Assembly (NCBI GenBank): GCA_002269645.1
Contig: NIVC01003284.1
Location: 57,273 to 106,585, forward strand
Direction of reading: 5' to 3'
DNA from: Macrostomum lignano
Lineage: Eukaryota
Length of the DNA: 49,313 bases
Positions 48,785 to 49,313 of this stretch are shown in pieces. The position numbers were made by a program, and so were the translations under genes. Positions within the stretch are counted from its first letter, which is position 1. Each line of letters begins with the position of its first letter. Under the pieces are notes generated by a model. That model was given only the letters and a program-made list of their open reading frames with translations, ran no database searches and was not told the origin of the DNA.

Positions 48785-49313
48785 GTTGAGTAGTTTATTG
48801 AGTAGTTTGTTGAGTAGTTTGTTGAGCAGTTTATTGAGTAGTTTATTGAGTAGTTTATTGAGAATTTTACTGAGCAGTTTACTGAGTAGTTTATTGAGTA
48901 GTTTATTGAGCAGTTTACTGAGTAGTTTATTGAGTAGTTTAATGAGCAGTTTACTGAGTAGTTTATTGAGTAGTTTATTGAGGCAGTTTGTTGAGTAGTT
49001 TATTGAGTTTATTGAGTAGTTTACTAAGTAGTTTATTGAGTAGTTTATTGAGTAGTTTGTTGAGTAGTTCATTGAGTAGTTTATTGAGTAGTTTGTTGAG
49101 TAGTTTATTGAGTAGTTTATTGAGTAGTTTACTAAGTAGTTTATTGAGTAGTTTATTGAGCAGTTTGTTGAGTAGTTTATTGAGTAGTTTATTGAGTAGT
49201 TTACTAAGTAGTTTATTGAGTAGTTTATTGAGTAGTTTGTTGAGTAGTTCATTGAGTAGTTTATTGAGTAGTTTGTTGAGTAGTTCATTGAGTAGTTTAT
49301 TGAGTAGTTTGTT
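48785..49313. repeat. 12-bp minisatellite (TTGAGTAGTTTA)n running off the window end
   Basis: Directly visible. Confidence 0.97.

Overview
This is a repeat-rich eukaryotic (metazoan invertebrate) genomic window with GT-AG introns. No prokaryotic systems, CRISPR arrays, rRNA or intact tRNA genes are supportable. The style resembles a flatworm such as Macrostomum, but that is a guess. Five host genes were reconstructed by hand with intron phase checks. (1) A multi-exon + strand gene (about 3.5-11.7 kb) whose 4.4-kb exon encodes an acidic, disordered protein with 25-aa tandem repeats and an AKAP-like amphipathic helix; it carries two frameshifts. (2) An intact 4-exon CYRI/FAM49 gene on the - strand. 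(3) An intact 6-exon lysosomal alpha-mannosidase (GH38, MAN2B1-like). (4) An intronless type II membrane GT32 (DXD) glycosyltransferase. (5) A 6-exon gene that is largely invisible in the ORF track. It encodes a signal peptide, a Cys-loop receptor extracellular domain with an exact C-x13-C loop, and only one C-terminal hydrophobic segment before the stop codon; this is the most interesting candidate. Mobile DNA comprises two RTE-like LINE fragments (one in a CpG-depleted, TpA-rich island), two tRNA-derived SINE families, a solo LTR with a 5-bp TSD, two hAT-like MITEs with polypurine interiors, and a disabled Ty3/Gypsy element with a half-deleted 5' LTR. About 20 distinct micro- and minisatellites fill introns and intergenic DNA. 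All homology calls are from motif recognition by eye; no database search was run.
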